64,000 nucleotides of DNA, from contig JAXLNO010000051.1 in assembly GCA_038087875.1 (NCBI GenBank), positions 310,001 to 374,000 of the forward strand. The letters run 5' to 3'. Made by a program: the position numbers and the translations under genes. This document shows, in pieces, positions 25,401 to 38,294 of this stretch. How positions within the stretch are numbered: position 1 is the first letter of the stretch; every line of letters begins with the position of its first letter. The notes under the pieces are model-generated. The model worked only from the letters and a program-made list of their open reading frames with translations, had not been told where the DNA came from and made no database searches. The stretch comes from Malacoraja senta. Its lineage: Eukaryota.

Positions 25401-28203
25401 TCGAGAGAGAGTTCGAGATAGTTCGAGAGAGAGTTCGAGAGAGAGTTCGAGATAGATTTCGAGATAGATTTCGAGTTCGAGAGAGAGTTAGAGTTCGAGA
25501 TAGTTCGAGTTCGAGATTGAGTTCGACTTCGAGCGAGAAAGAGTTTGAGCTAGAGATAGAGTTCGAGTTCAAGATAGAGTTCGAGTTCAAGTTCGAATTC
25601 GAGTTCGAGATGGAGAACGAGTTCCAGATAGAGTTCGTATTCGAGATAGTTCGAGATAGAGTTCGAGTTCGAGAGAGCGTTCGAGATAGTTCGAGTTCGA
25701 GTTCGAGATAAGAGTTCGAGTTCGAGATAGACTACGAGTTCGAGTTCGAGTTTTAGTTAGAGAGAGAGAGAGATATATAGTTCGAGTTCGAATTCGAGTT
25801 AGCGTTCGAGATAGAATTCGAGTTCGAGTTCGTTCGAGCTCGAGTTCGAGTTAAATGAATGAATGAATGAATGAATAAGTTTATTGGCCAAGTATTCACA
25901 TACTAGGTGTTTGCCTCGGTGCTCCGCCCGTAAGTCGAAATCCAACGAGTTCGCGATCGAATTCGAGTTCGAGTTCGAGATCGAGATCGAGTTCGAGATA
26001 GAGTTCGCGTTTGAGTTCGAGAGCGAGTTCGAGTTCGAGTTGACTGAATGAATGAATTAATTAATACGTTCACTGGCCATGTATTCACATACACGGAATT
26101 TGCCTTGGTGCTCCGCCCGCAAGTCGAACTCCAACTCGATTTTGCGATCCGAGAGAGTACGAGTTCGAGTGCGAGTTCGAGAGCTAGTTCGAGTTCGAGA
26201 TAGAGTTCGTCATCGAGTTCGAGTTCTAGTTGAAGTTGGAGTTGGAGTTGGAGTTCGATATAGAGTTCGTTCGAGATAGTTCGAGTTCGAGATAGAGTTC
26301 GGGTTCAGTTCAAGTTCGAGCTCGAGCAACGAGCTCCAGTTAAATGAATGAATGAATGTATACGTTTATTGGCCAATATTCACATACAAGGAATTTGCCT
26401 TGGTGCTCCGCCCGTAACTCGAACTCCAACTCGAGTTCTAGATCGAACTCGAGTTCGAGTTCGAGATAGATTTCGAGTTCCAGTTCGAATTCGAGTTCGA
26501 GATAGATTTCGAGTTCGAGATAGAGTTCGAGGTCGAGATAGTTCGAGTTTGAATTCGAGTTTTAGCTAGAGATAGAGTTCGAGTTCAAGATAGAGTTCCA
26601 GTTTGAGATCGAGTTTTAGATCGAGTTCGCGTTCGAGATAGATCGAGATAGAGTTCGAGTTCGAGAGAGAGTTCGAGATAGTTCGAGTTCGAGCTAAGAG
26701 TTCGAGTTAGAGATAGAGTACGTTCGAGTTTTGGTTAGAGAGAGAGCGATCGAGATAGAGTTCGAGTTCGAATTCAAGATCGAGTTCGAGATAGAATAAG
26801 AGTTCTAGTTCGAGATAGAATTCGAGTTCGAGTTCGTTCGAGATCGAGTTCGAGTTGAATGAATGAAAGGATGTATAAGTTTATTGACTAAGTATTCACC
26901 AAGTTTATTGGGCAAGATTTAAGCCTTGGTTCTCCGCCCGAAAGTCGAACCGGAACTCGAGTTCGCGATAGTTCGAGTTCGAGATAGGGTTCGAGATTGA
27001 GATAGAGATCGAGATCGAGTTCGAGAGAGAGTTCAAGATAGATTTCGAGATAAATTTCCAGTTCGAGATAGCGTTCGAGTTCGAGATTGAGTTCGAGATA
27101 GAGTTCGAGATCGAGATAGAGATCGAGATCGAGTTCGAGTTAGAGAGAGTTCCATATAGAGTTCGAATACAAGATAGTTCGAGTTCGAGTACGAGTTCGC
27201 GTTCGAGATAGTTCGAGATAGTTCGAGTTCGAATTCGAGTTTTAGCTAGAAATAGTTCGAGTTCAAGATAGCTTTCTAGTTCGAGTTCAAACTAGTTCGA
27301 GATCGAGTTTGAGATCGAGTTCGCGTTCGAGATAGTTCGAGAGAGAGTTCGAGATAGAGTTCAAGTTCGAGAGAGAGTTCGAGATATTTCGAGTTCGAGA
27401 TAAGTGTTCGAGTTCGAGATAGTTCGAGTTCGAGATAGAATACGAGTTCGAGTTCGAGATGTAGTTAGAGAGAGAGTTCGAGATAGAGTTCGAGAGAGAG
27501 TTCGAGATAGAGTTCGAGAGAGAGTTCGAGAGAGAGGTCGAGTTAGATTTCGAGATAGATTTCGAGTTCGAGAGAGAGTTAGAGTTCGAGATAGTTCGAG
27601 TTCGAGATTGAGTTCGACTTCGAGCGAGAAAGAGTTTGAGCTAGAGATAGAGTTCGAGTTCAAGATAGAGTTCGAGTTCAAGTTCGAATTCGAGTTCGAG
27701 ATGGAGAACGAGTTCCAGATAGAGTTCGTATTCGAGATAGTTCGAGATAGAGTTCGAGTTCGAGAGAGCGTTCGAGATAGTTCGAGTTCGAGTTCGAGAT
27801 AAGAGTTCGAGTTCGAGATAGACTACGAGTTCGAGTTCGAGTTTTAGTTAGAGAGAGAGAGAGAGATATATAGTTCGAGTTCGAATTCGAGTTAGCGTTC
27901 GAGATAGAATTCGAGTTCGAGTTCGTTCGAGCTCGAGTTCGAGTTGAATGAATGAAAGAATGTATAAATTTATTGACTAAGTATTCACCAAGTTTATTGG
28001 CCAAGATTGTTGCCTTGGTGCTCCGCCCGAAAGTCGAACCCGAACTCAAGTTCGAGATAGTTCGAGTTCGAGATAGGGTTCGAGATCGAGATAGAGATCG
28101 AGGTCGAGTTCGAGAACGAGGGAGAGAGAGAGATAGATTTCGAGATAAATTTCGAGTTCGAGATAGTTCGAGTTCGAGATAGAGTTCGAGTTCGAGATAG
28201 TTC
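22474..28203 (-). repeat. Composite satellite block (GAGTTC on +), including a ~2.1-kb tandem duplication
   Basis: Hexamer array with cores; the segments starting at 24781 and 26881 are identical. Confidence 0.93.
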
Positions 28204-28665
28204 GAACTCGAACTCGAATTAGAAATCGAACTTGAAATCGTATTCTATCTCGAACTTGCGGGCGGAGCACCAAGGCATATTCCTTGTATGTGAATACTTG
28301 ACCAATAAACGTATTCATTCATTTATTCATTCAATCAACTCGAACTCGAACTCGAATTCGATCTGGAACTCGATCTCGAACTTTATATCGAACTCTCTGT
28401 CGAACTCTATTTCGAACTCGAGTTGGAGTTCGATTTGCTGGCGGTGCACCAAGGCAAATTCCTTGTATGAGAATACTTGGCCCATAAATTTATTCATTCA
28501 TTCATTCATTCATTGAACTCGAACTCGAGCTCGAACTCGAACTCGAACTCGAAATTGAACTCGAACTCGAATGCGAATTTGAACTCTAACTGTATCTCGA
28601 CCTCGCTCTCGAACTCGGACTCTCTCTCGAACTCGAACTGACTCGAACACCAACTCCAATTCGAA
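28204..28665 (+). repeat. Composite satellite block, flipped orientation (GAACTC on +)
   Basis: After AGTTCGAACT (28199-28208) hexamers read GAACTC and cores read GGCGGAGCACCAAGG on +. Confidence 0.92.
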
Positions 28666-29839
28666 CTGGTCGTGTTCGAAAAAACCTGTGCGGATCAACT
28701 GGCTGGAGTTTTAACGGATATTTTCAACCTCTCACTTCTGAGGTTCGAGGTTCCCACCTGCTTCAAAAGGGCATCAATTATACCGGTGCCCACGATGAGT
28801 AAGTGACGTGCCTCAATGACTATCGACCATTGGCACTAACGCCCGTGGTGATGAAGTGCTTTGAGAGGTTGATCATGGCGCAAATCAACTCCTACCTCGA
28901 CAAAAACCTGGACCATTTGGACAACAAAAACTCATATGTCAGGCTGTTATTCATTGATTACAGGTCGGCACCACTGACGACACCACTGTTGTGGGACGTA
29001 TCATTGATGGGGATGAGTCAGAGTATAGAAGAGAGATCGGGCAACTGTCCATATGGTGCCAGCACAATAACCTGTCACTCAACACCAGCAAAACCAAGGA
29101 ACTGATTGTGGACTTTGGAAGGAGTAGGACGGTGACCCACAGGCCCGTTTATATCAACGGGTCGTTGGATGAAAGGGTCAAGAGCTTCAAATTCCTGGGC
29201 GTGCACATCTCTGAAGATATTTCCTGGTCCGAGAACACTGATGCAATTATTAAGAAAGCACATCAGCGCCTCTACTTCCTGAGAAGATTACGGAGGGTCA
29301 GTTTGTCGAGGAGGACGTTCTCGAACCTCTACAGGTGCACAGTAGAAAGCATGCTGACCGGTTGCATCGTGGCTTAGTTCGGCAACTTGAGCGCCCTGGA
29401 GAGGAAAATACTACAAAAAGTAGTAAACACTGCCCAGTCCATCATCGGCTCTGACCTCCCTTCCATCGAGGGGATCTATCGCAGTCGTTGCCTCAAAAAG
29501 GCTGGCAATATCATCAGTGAACCACACCATCCTGGCCACACTCATCTCCCTGCTACCTTCAGGTACAAGGTACAGGAGCCTGAAGACTGCAATGACCAGG
29601 TTCAGGAATAGCTACTTCCCCACAGCCATCAGGCTTTTAAACTTGGCCCGGACAAAACTCTGAACATTAATAGTCCATTATCTGTTATTTGTACTTTTTA
29701 CGTAGATAATGGTATATGGACACACTGATCTGTTTTGTAGTCAATGCCTACTATGTTCTGTTGTGCTGAAGCAAAGCAAGAATGTCATTGTCCTATCAGG
29801 GACACATGACAATAAACTCTCTTGATTCTTGATTCTTGA
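28666..29839 (+). mobile_element. Rex1/Babar-type LINE, 5'-truncated, two internal deletions
   Basis: [65 protein letters not shown]; 3' end ACATGACAATAAAC plus (CTTGATT)n tail running into the satellite. Confidence 0.88.
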
Positions 29840-30024
29840 ACTCGAACTCGAACTCGAACGCGAACTTGTACTCGAGTTTGAGTTCGCCTTGCGGGCGGAG
29901 CACCAAGGCAACTTCCCTGTATGTGAGTACTAGGCCAATAAACGTGTCCATTCATTCATTCATTCATTCATTCATTCATTCATTCATTCAATTCGAACTC
30001 GAGCTCGAACTTGATCTCGAACGC
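29840..30024 (+). repeat. Short satellite block with one core
   Basis: GAACTC hexamers, core near 29890-29945, (ATTC)n. Confidence 0.9.
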
Positions 30025-30740
30025 GAGAAAAACTATTTATGGAAAAAGAGGGTGTGTATAATTTGAGAGGGGAAAATAATTTTTAAAAACTCAATGGCAG
30101 AACAACTCTTAAAATTATGTGCATAGCAAACTGTGGGGTGAATTTGTGGAATGGTCTGGAACAGGAGATAAAGCTTAGCACAAACATAATTCAATTTAAA
30201 AAGATGTACAAAAACATTTTTTTAAGGATATTGGGATCAGGATAGGTGATTGTGAGTGGGATATTTGTTATACTGATTGTATCGGGCAGGGTGATTATAG
30301 GGTGATGGGTTGACTAAGGGGTACTGTATAGTATATGAGGGTTATGGGTTGTATATATGACTGAGGGATACTGTGTAGTATATGAGGGTTTTTCTTTTCT
30401 TTTTTCTTTTTTCTCTCTTATTTTGTATGGCTTTGTAAAAATTTGATTAGTGTATAAATGTAAATAATTTGGTGTACATATAGCTGATGGTGTACATATG
30501 GTGTACATATAGCTGCTAAATGTGTATAAGATCATTATAAGCAGTTGAATAAGGGGGTGGGAATTAATAAGCTTTGGCTTCTTCCTGCTACTTTTCGGAC
30601 ATACGATTTCATTTATTTATAGATATTGTTTATGACTATAAATATTCTTGTTTTGTTTTTTTGTATGCTGTTTCACACTTGCTTTTTACTCTTTTATTCT
30701 GTTCGAAATAAAGAATAAAATAAAATAAAAATAAAATAAA
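30025..30740 (+). mobile_element. 3' fragment of a CR1-superclade LINE (L2/Crack-like) with AT-rich 3'UTR and (TAAAA)n tail
   Basis: Hand translation near 30100-30220 gives RTTLKIMCIANCGVNLWNGLEQEIKLSTNIIQFKKMYK, resembling the ORF2 C-terminus (G..LWN.L...K....FK); ends AATAAAGAATAAAATAAAATAAAA. Family assignment is from recalled resemblance. Confidence 0.6.
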
Positions 30741-33700
30741 CTCTCTCGACTCGAACTCGAACTCCATCTCGATCTCGAACTCTCTCTCGAACTCGAACTC
30801 GAACTCGAACTCGAACTCGATCTCGAACTCGATCTCGAACTCGAACTCGCACTATCTCGAACTCTCTCTCGAACTTTCTCTCGAACTCGAATTCGATCTC
30901 GAACTCGAACACGCACTCTATCTCGAACTCTCTCTCGAACTTTCTCTCGAACTCGCACTCTGTCTCGAACTCGAATTCGAACTCGAACTCGAACTCTATC
31001 TCGAACTCGATCTCGATCTCGAACTCGAATTAGAACTCGAACTGTATCGTGAACTCCAACTATCGCGACATCAAAATCTATCTCGAACTCGATCTCTATC
31101 GCGAACTCGATCTCGAACTTGACCTCGAACTCCAGTTCGAACTAGAACTATCTCGAACTCGAACTCCAACATCGAACTTGAACTCGAACTCTATCTCGAA
31201 CTCGAACTCGAACTCTATCACAAACTCTATCTCTAACGAACTCGAACTCGAAATCGAACTCGAACACGGATTATAACTCGAACTCGAACTCGTACCTAAT
31301 CTCGAACTCGAGTTGGAGTTCGACTTGCTAGCGGAGCACCAAGGCAAATTCCTTGTATGTGAATACTTGGCCAATAAATGTATTTATTCATTCATTCATT
31401 CATTCATTCATTCATTCATTCTTTCATTCATTCATTCATTCATTCATTCATTCACTCATTCATTCTTTTATTCATTCATTCATGCATTCATTCATTCATT
31501 CAACTCGAACTCGAACTCGAACTCGAACTATCTCGAACTCGAATTCGAACTCGTATATCTCGAACTCGAACTCTATCTCGACCTCGAAATCTACCTCGAA
31601 CACTCTCTCGAACTCGAACTCGATCTGGAACTCGATCTCGAACTATATATCGAACTCTCTGTCGAACACAAACTCTATGTCGAACACCATCTCGACCTCG
31701 AACTCTATTTCAAACTCGAGTTGGAGTTCGACTTGCGCGCGGAGCACCAAGGCAAATTCCTTGTATGTGAAGACTTGGCCAATAAATTGATTGATTCATT
31801 CATTCATTCATTCATTCATTCAACTCGAAATCGAAAGAACTAGAACTTGAACTCTATCTCGAACTCGAATTCGAACTCTAACTGTATCTCGAACTCTATC
31901 TCGAACTATCTCTCTCGAACCAGAACTCGATCTCGAACTCGATCTCGAACTCGTACTCGAACTCGAACTCGTACTCGAACTCGAACTCGAACTCGAACTA
32001 TATCTCGAGCTCGAACTCTATCTCGAACTCGATCTATCTCGAACGCGAACACTACCTCGAACTCCAACTTCAATTCCAACTCGAACTTGAACTCGAACTA
32101 TCTCGATCTCTTTCAGGAACTCTATCTCGACCTCGAACACTATCTCGAACTCTAAGTCTCTCGAACTATATGTCGAAATCACTCCCGAACTCGAACTCCA
32201 ACTCTATCTCGAACTCGACTTCGAATTCGAACTCTATCTCGAACTCGATGTCGAACTCGAAATTGAATTCGAACTCGAACTCGAATTCGAACTAACTCTT
32301 TCTCGAACTCGAATTCGAACGAACACTGTCTCGAACTCGAACTCTATCTCGAACTCGAACTCTCTCTCGAACTCGAACTCGAACTCACTCGAACTCGAAC
32401 TCGAACTCCAACTCCAACTCCAACTCGAAATTGAACTCGAACTCTTTCACGAACTCTATCTCGAACTCGAATTCGAAATGGAATTATATCGAACTGTAAC
32501 TCCTATCTCGAACTCGATCTCTATCACGAACTCTCAATCGAACGCAAACTCGATCTCGAACTCGAACTGGAACTCGAATTCGATCTCAATGAACTCGAAC
32601 TCGTAATCTATCTCGAACTGGAACTCTATCTCGAACTCGAATTCTTATATTGAACTCGAACTCTCTCTCGAAATCTCTCTCTCTCGAACTCTACCTCGAA
32701 CTCCATCTTGAACTCGAACTCTATCTCTGCCTAAAACTCGAATTCGAACTCTAAATATCTCGATCTCGAAATCTATCTCGAACTCGAAATCTATCTCGAA
32801 CTCGAATTCGAACTGGAACTCGAAATCTATCTCGAACTCGAACTCGAATTCGATCTAGAACTCGAGTTGGAGTTCGAGTTACGGGCGGAGCACCAAGGCA
32901 AATTCCTTGTATGTGAATACATGCCCAATAAACTTATTCATTCATTCATTCATTTAACTCGAACTCGAGCTCGAACGAACTCGAACTATCTCGAACTCGA
33001 ATTCGAACTGTATATATCTCGACCTCGAAATCTATCTCGAACTCGAAATCTATCTCGAACACGAATTCGAACTGGAACTCGAAATCTATCTCGAACTCGA
33101 ACTCGAATTCGATCTAGAACTCGAGTTGGAGTTCGAGTTACGGGCGGAGCACCAAGGCAAATTCCTTGTATGTGACTATTGGCCAATAAACTTATTCATT
33201 CATTCATTCATTTAACTCGAGCTCGAGCTCGAACTTGAACTCGAACCCGAACTATATCTCGAACTCGAACTATCTCGAACTCGAACTCTATCTCGAACTC
33301 GAACTCCAACTCCAACTCCAACTTCAACTAGAACTCGAACTCGACCACGAACTCTATCTCGAACTCGAACTCGCTCTCGAACTCGCACTCGAACTCGTAC
33401 TATCTCGGATCGCAAAATCGAGTTGGAGTTCGACTTGCGGGCGGAGCACCAAGGCAAATTCCGTGTATGTGAATACATGGCCAGTGAACGTATTCATTCA
33501 TTCATTCATTCAGTCAACTCGAACTCGAGCTCGCTCTCGAACTCAAACGCGAACTATCTCGAACTCGATCTCGATCTCGAACTCTATCTCGAACTCGAAT
33601 TCGATCTCGAACTCGTTGGATTTCGACTTACGGGCGGAGCACCGAGGCAAACACCTAGTATGTGAATACTTGGCCAATAAACTTATTCATTCATTCATTC

Positions 33701-36700
33701 ATTCATTCATTTAACTCGAACTCGAGCTCGAACTTGAACTTGAACTCGAACTCGTACTCCATCTCGAACTCTATCTCGAAGTCGGGTTGGAGTTCGACTT
33801 GCTGGCGTACCTCCAAGGCAAATTCCTTGTATGTGAATACTTGGCCAATAAATTAATTAATTCATATATTCATTCATTCATTCATTCAACATTTATTCAT
33901 TCATTCAACTCGAACTCGAGCTGGAATTCGTACTCTAGCTCGAACTCAATCTCGAACTCTATCTCGAACTCTATCTCGAACTATCTCGAACGCGAACTCG
34001 ATCTCAAACTATCTCGAACGCGAACTCGATCTCAAACTCGTTCTCGAACTCGAACTTTATCTTGAACTCGAACTCTATCGTGAACTCGAACTATCTCCAG
34101 CTAAAACTCGAATCCGAACTCGAACTATCTCGACCTCGAACTTTATCTCGAACTCGAAATCTATCTCGAACTCGAACTCGAATTCGATCTCGAACCCGAG
34201 TTGGATTTCGACTTACGGGCGGAGCACCAAGGCAAACACCTAGTATGTGAATACTTTGCCAATAAACTTATTCATTCATTCATTCATTTAACTCGCTCGA
34301 GCTCAAACTTGAACTCGAACTCCAACTCTATCACGAACTCTATCTCGAACTCGAACTCTATCTCCATCTCCATCTCGAACTCGATCTCAAACTCGAGCTC
34401 GAGTTCGACTTGCGGGCGGAGCTCCAAGGCAAATTCCTTGTATGGAATACATGTCCGATAAACATGCATTCATTCCTTCTTCATTCATTCAGTCAACTCG
34501 AACTCGAACTCGAACTCGAACTCTTATCTCGAACTATATCTCGAACTGTCTCTCGAACTCGAACTCCAACTCGAACTATCCCGAACTATCTCGAACGCGA
34601 ACTCGATCTCGAACTCGAACTCGAACTCTATCTTGAATTCGAACTCTATCTCCAGCTAAAACTCGAATTCAAACTAAATATCTCGGCCTCGAACTCTATC
34701 TGGAACTCGAAGTCTATCTCGAACCCGAACTAGAAATCGATCTCGAACTCGAGTTGGAGTTCGAGCTCCCGGCGGAGCACCAAGGCAAATTCCTTGTATG
34801 TGAATACTTGGCCAATAAAAGTATTCATTCATTCATACATTCATTTAACTCGAACTCGAGCTCGAACTTGAACTCGAACTCGATCACGAACTCTATCTCG
34901 AACTCGAACTCCAACTCCAACTCGAACTCCAACTTGAACTCGAACTCTATCTCGAACTCTCTCTCTAACTAAAACTCGAACTCGTACTCTATCTCGAACT
35001 CGAACTATCTCGAACTCGAATTCGAAATATCTCGAAATCTCTCTCGAACTTGAACTCTATCTCGACCTCTATCTCGAACTATCTCAAACGCGAACTCGAT
35101 CTCAAACTAGATCTCGTTCTCGAACTCGAACTTTATCTTGAATTCGAAATCTATCTCGAACTCGAACTCGAAATCTATCTCGAACTCGAACTCGAATTCG
35201 ATCTCGACCTCGTTGGATTTCGACTTACGGGCGGAGCACCAAGGCAAATTCCTTGTTTGTGAATACTTGGCCAATAAACTAATTCATTCATTCATTCATT
35301 CATTCATTCAACTCGAACTCTCTCTCGAACTAAAACTCGAACTCGTACTCTTTCTCGAACTCGAACTCTTATCTCGAACTCGAACTTTATCTCGAACTCT
35401 ATCTCGAACTATCTCGAACTCGAACGCTATCTCGAACTCGAACTATCTCGAACTCGAACTCTATCACGAACTCGACATTTATCTCGAAATCTATCTCTCT
35501 CTCTCCCTCGATCTCGAACTCGATCTCGATCTCTAATTCGATCTCGAACCCTATCTCGAACTCGAACTATCTCGAACTCGAGTTCGGGTTCGAATTTGGG
35601 GCGGAGCACCAAGGCAACAATCTTGGCCAATAAACTTGGTGAATACTTAGTCAATAAATGTATACATTCTTTCATTCATTCAATTCGAGCTCGAACGAAC
35701 TCGAACTAGAATTCTATCTCGAACTCTAACTCGAATTCGAACTCGAACTATATCTTTCTCACTCTCTCTAACTAAAACTCGAACTCGAACTCGTAGTCTA
35801 TCTCGAACTCGAACTCTTATCTCGAACTCGAACTCGAACTATCTCGAACGCTCTCTCGAACTCGAACTATATCTCGAACTATCTCGAATACGAACTCTAT
35901 CTCGAACTCGATCTCCATCTCGAACTCGAACTTGAACTCGAACTCTATCTTGAACTCGAACTCTATCTCTAGCTCGAACTCTTTCTCGCTCGAACTCGAA
36001 CTCAATCTCGAACTCGAACTATCTCGAACTCTAACTCTCTCTCGAACTCGAAATCTATCTCGAAATATATCTCGAACGCTCTCTCGAACTCTCTCGAACT
36101 CTATCTCGAACTCTCTCTCTAACTAAATCTCGAACTCGAACGTATTCTATCTCGAACTCGAACTATCTCGAACTCGAACACTTATCTCGAACTCGAAATA
36201 TCTCGAACACTCTCTCGAACTTGAACTCTATCTCGAACTCTCTCTCGAACTATCTCGAACGCGAACTCGATTTCAAACTCGATCTCGATCTCGAACTCGA
36301 ACTTTAGTTTGAACTCGAACTCGAAATCTATCTTGAACTCGAACTATTACTAGCTAAAACTCGAATTCGAACTCGAACTCTATCTCGAACTATCTCGAAC
36401 GCGAACTCGAACTCGAACTCGAACTATCTTGAACTCGAACTCGAACTATCTTGTATTCGAACTCTATATGGAACTCTCTCTCTAACGAACTCGATCTCGA
36501 TCTCTATCACGATCTCGAACTCTATCTCGAACTCAATCTCGAACTCGAACGCTATCTCGAACTGGAAATTTATCTCGAAATTTATCTCGAACTCTTTCTC
36601 GAACTCGATCTCGATCTCTATCTCAATCAAGAACCCTATCTCGAACTCGAACTATCGCGAACTCGAGTTCCGGTTCGACATTCGGGCGGAGAACCAAGGC

Positions 36701-38294
36701 ATAAATCTTGCCCAAAAAACGGTGAATACTTAGTCAATAAACTTATACATCCTTTCATTCATTCAACTCGAACTCGAGCCCGAACGAACTCGAACTCGCA
36801 TTCTATCTCGAACTAGAACTCTTATTCTATCTCGAACTCGAACTCGAATTCGAACTCGAACTCTGTCTCGATCTCTCTCTCTCTAACCAAAACTCGAACT
36901 CGTACTCTATCTCTAACTCGAACTCTTAGCTCGAACTCGAACTATCTCGAACTCTCTCTCTCTCTCGAACTCTATCTCGATCTATCTCGAACGCGAACTC
37001 GATCTAAAACTCGATCTCAAACTGGAACTCTATCTTGAACTCGAACTCTATCTTGAACTCGAACTCTATCTCTAGCTAAAACTCGAATTCAAACTCGAAC
37101 TATCTCGACCTCGAACTCTATCTCGAACTCGAAATCTATGTCGAACTCGAACTCGAATTCGATCTCGAACTCGAGTTGGATTTCGACTTACGGGCGGAGC
37201 ACCAAGGCAAATTCCTTGTATGTGAATACTTGGCCAATAAACTTATTCAATCATTCATTCATTCATTTATTCAACTCGAACTCCAACTCGAACTCAAACG
37301 AATTTGAACTTGAACTCCAACTCGAACATGAACTCGAACCAACTCCAACTCGAACATGAACTCGAACTCTAACTCTAATTCTATCACGAACTCTATCTCG
37401 AACTCGAACTCTATCTCTATCGACTTGCGGGCGGAGCACCAAGACAAACTCCTTGTATGTGAATACATAGCCAATAAACGTATGCATTCATTCATTCATT
37501 CATTCATTCATTTACTGTATCTCGAACTCGAAATCACTCTCGAACTCGAACTCTCTCGAACGATCTCGAACTCTATCTTGAACTCGTACTCGAACTCGAA
37601 CTCTAACTGTATCTCGTACTCGAACTCTATCTCGAACTCGAACTCGAACGTGAACTCCAACTCCAACTCCAAATCGAACGAACGAAATCTATCTCGAATT
37701 TTATCACGAACTCTATATCTATCGCGAACTCGAATATCGAACTCGAACTCTATCTCGAACTCGAACTATCTAGAACTCGAACGAGAAACTGGAACTCATA
37801 TTCTATCTCGAATTCGAGTTGGAGTTCGAGTTACGGGCGGAGCACCAAGGCAAATTCGTTGTATGCGAATACTTGGCCAGTAAACTTATTCATTCATTCA
37901 TTCATTCATTCATTCATTCATTCATTCATTCATTGAACTCTAACTCGAGCTCGAACTTGAATGCGAACCCGAACACTATCTCGAACTCGAACTCTATCAC
38001 AAACTTTATCTCGAACTCGAAATCTATCTGGAATTCGAAGTCTATCTCGAACTCTCACTAGAACTCGAACTCTATCTCGAACTCGATTTCGAACTCGAAT
38101 TCGAATTCGATCTCTAACGCTATTCATTAATTAATTAATTAATTAATTAATTCATTCATTCATTCATTCATTCATTCATTCATTCATTTAACTCGAACGA
38201 GCTCGAACTTGAACTCTAACTCGAACTATCTCGAACTCGAATTATATCTCGACCCTCAAATCTATCTCGCGCTCGAACTCGAACTCCAACTCCA
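30741..38294 (+). repeat. Composite satellite block (GAACTC on +), ~16 cores
   Basis: Seen directly; includes a long (ATTC)n at 31385-31501. Confidence 0.94.
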
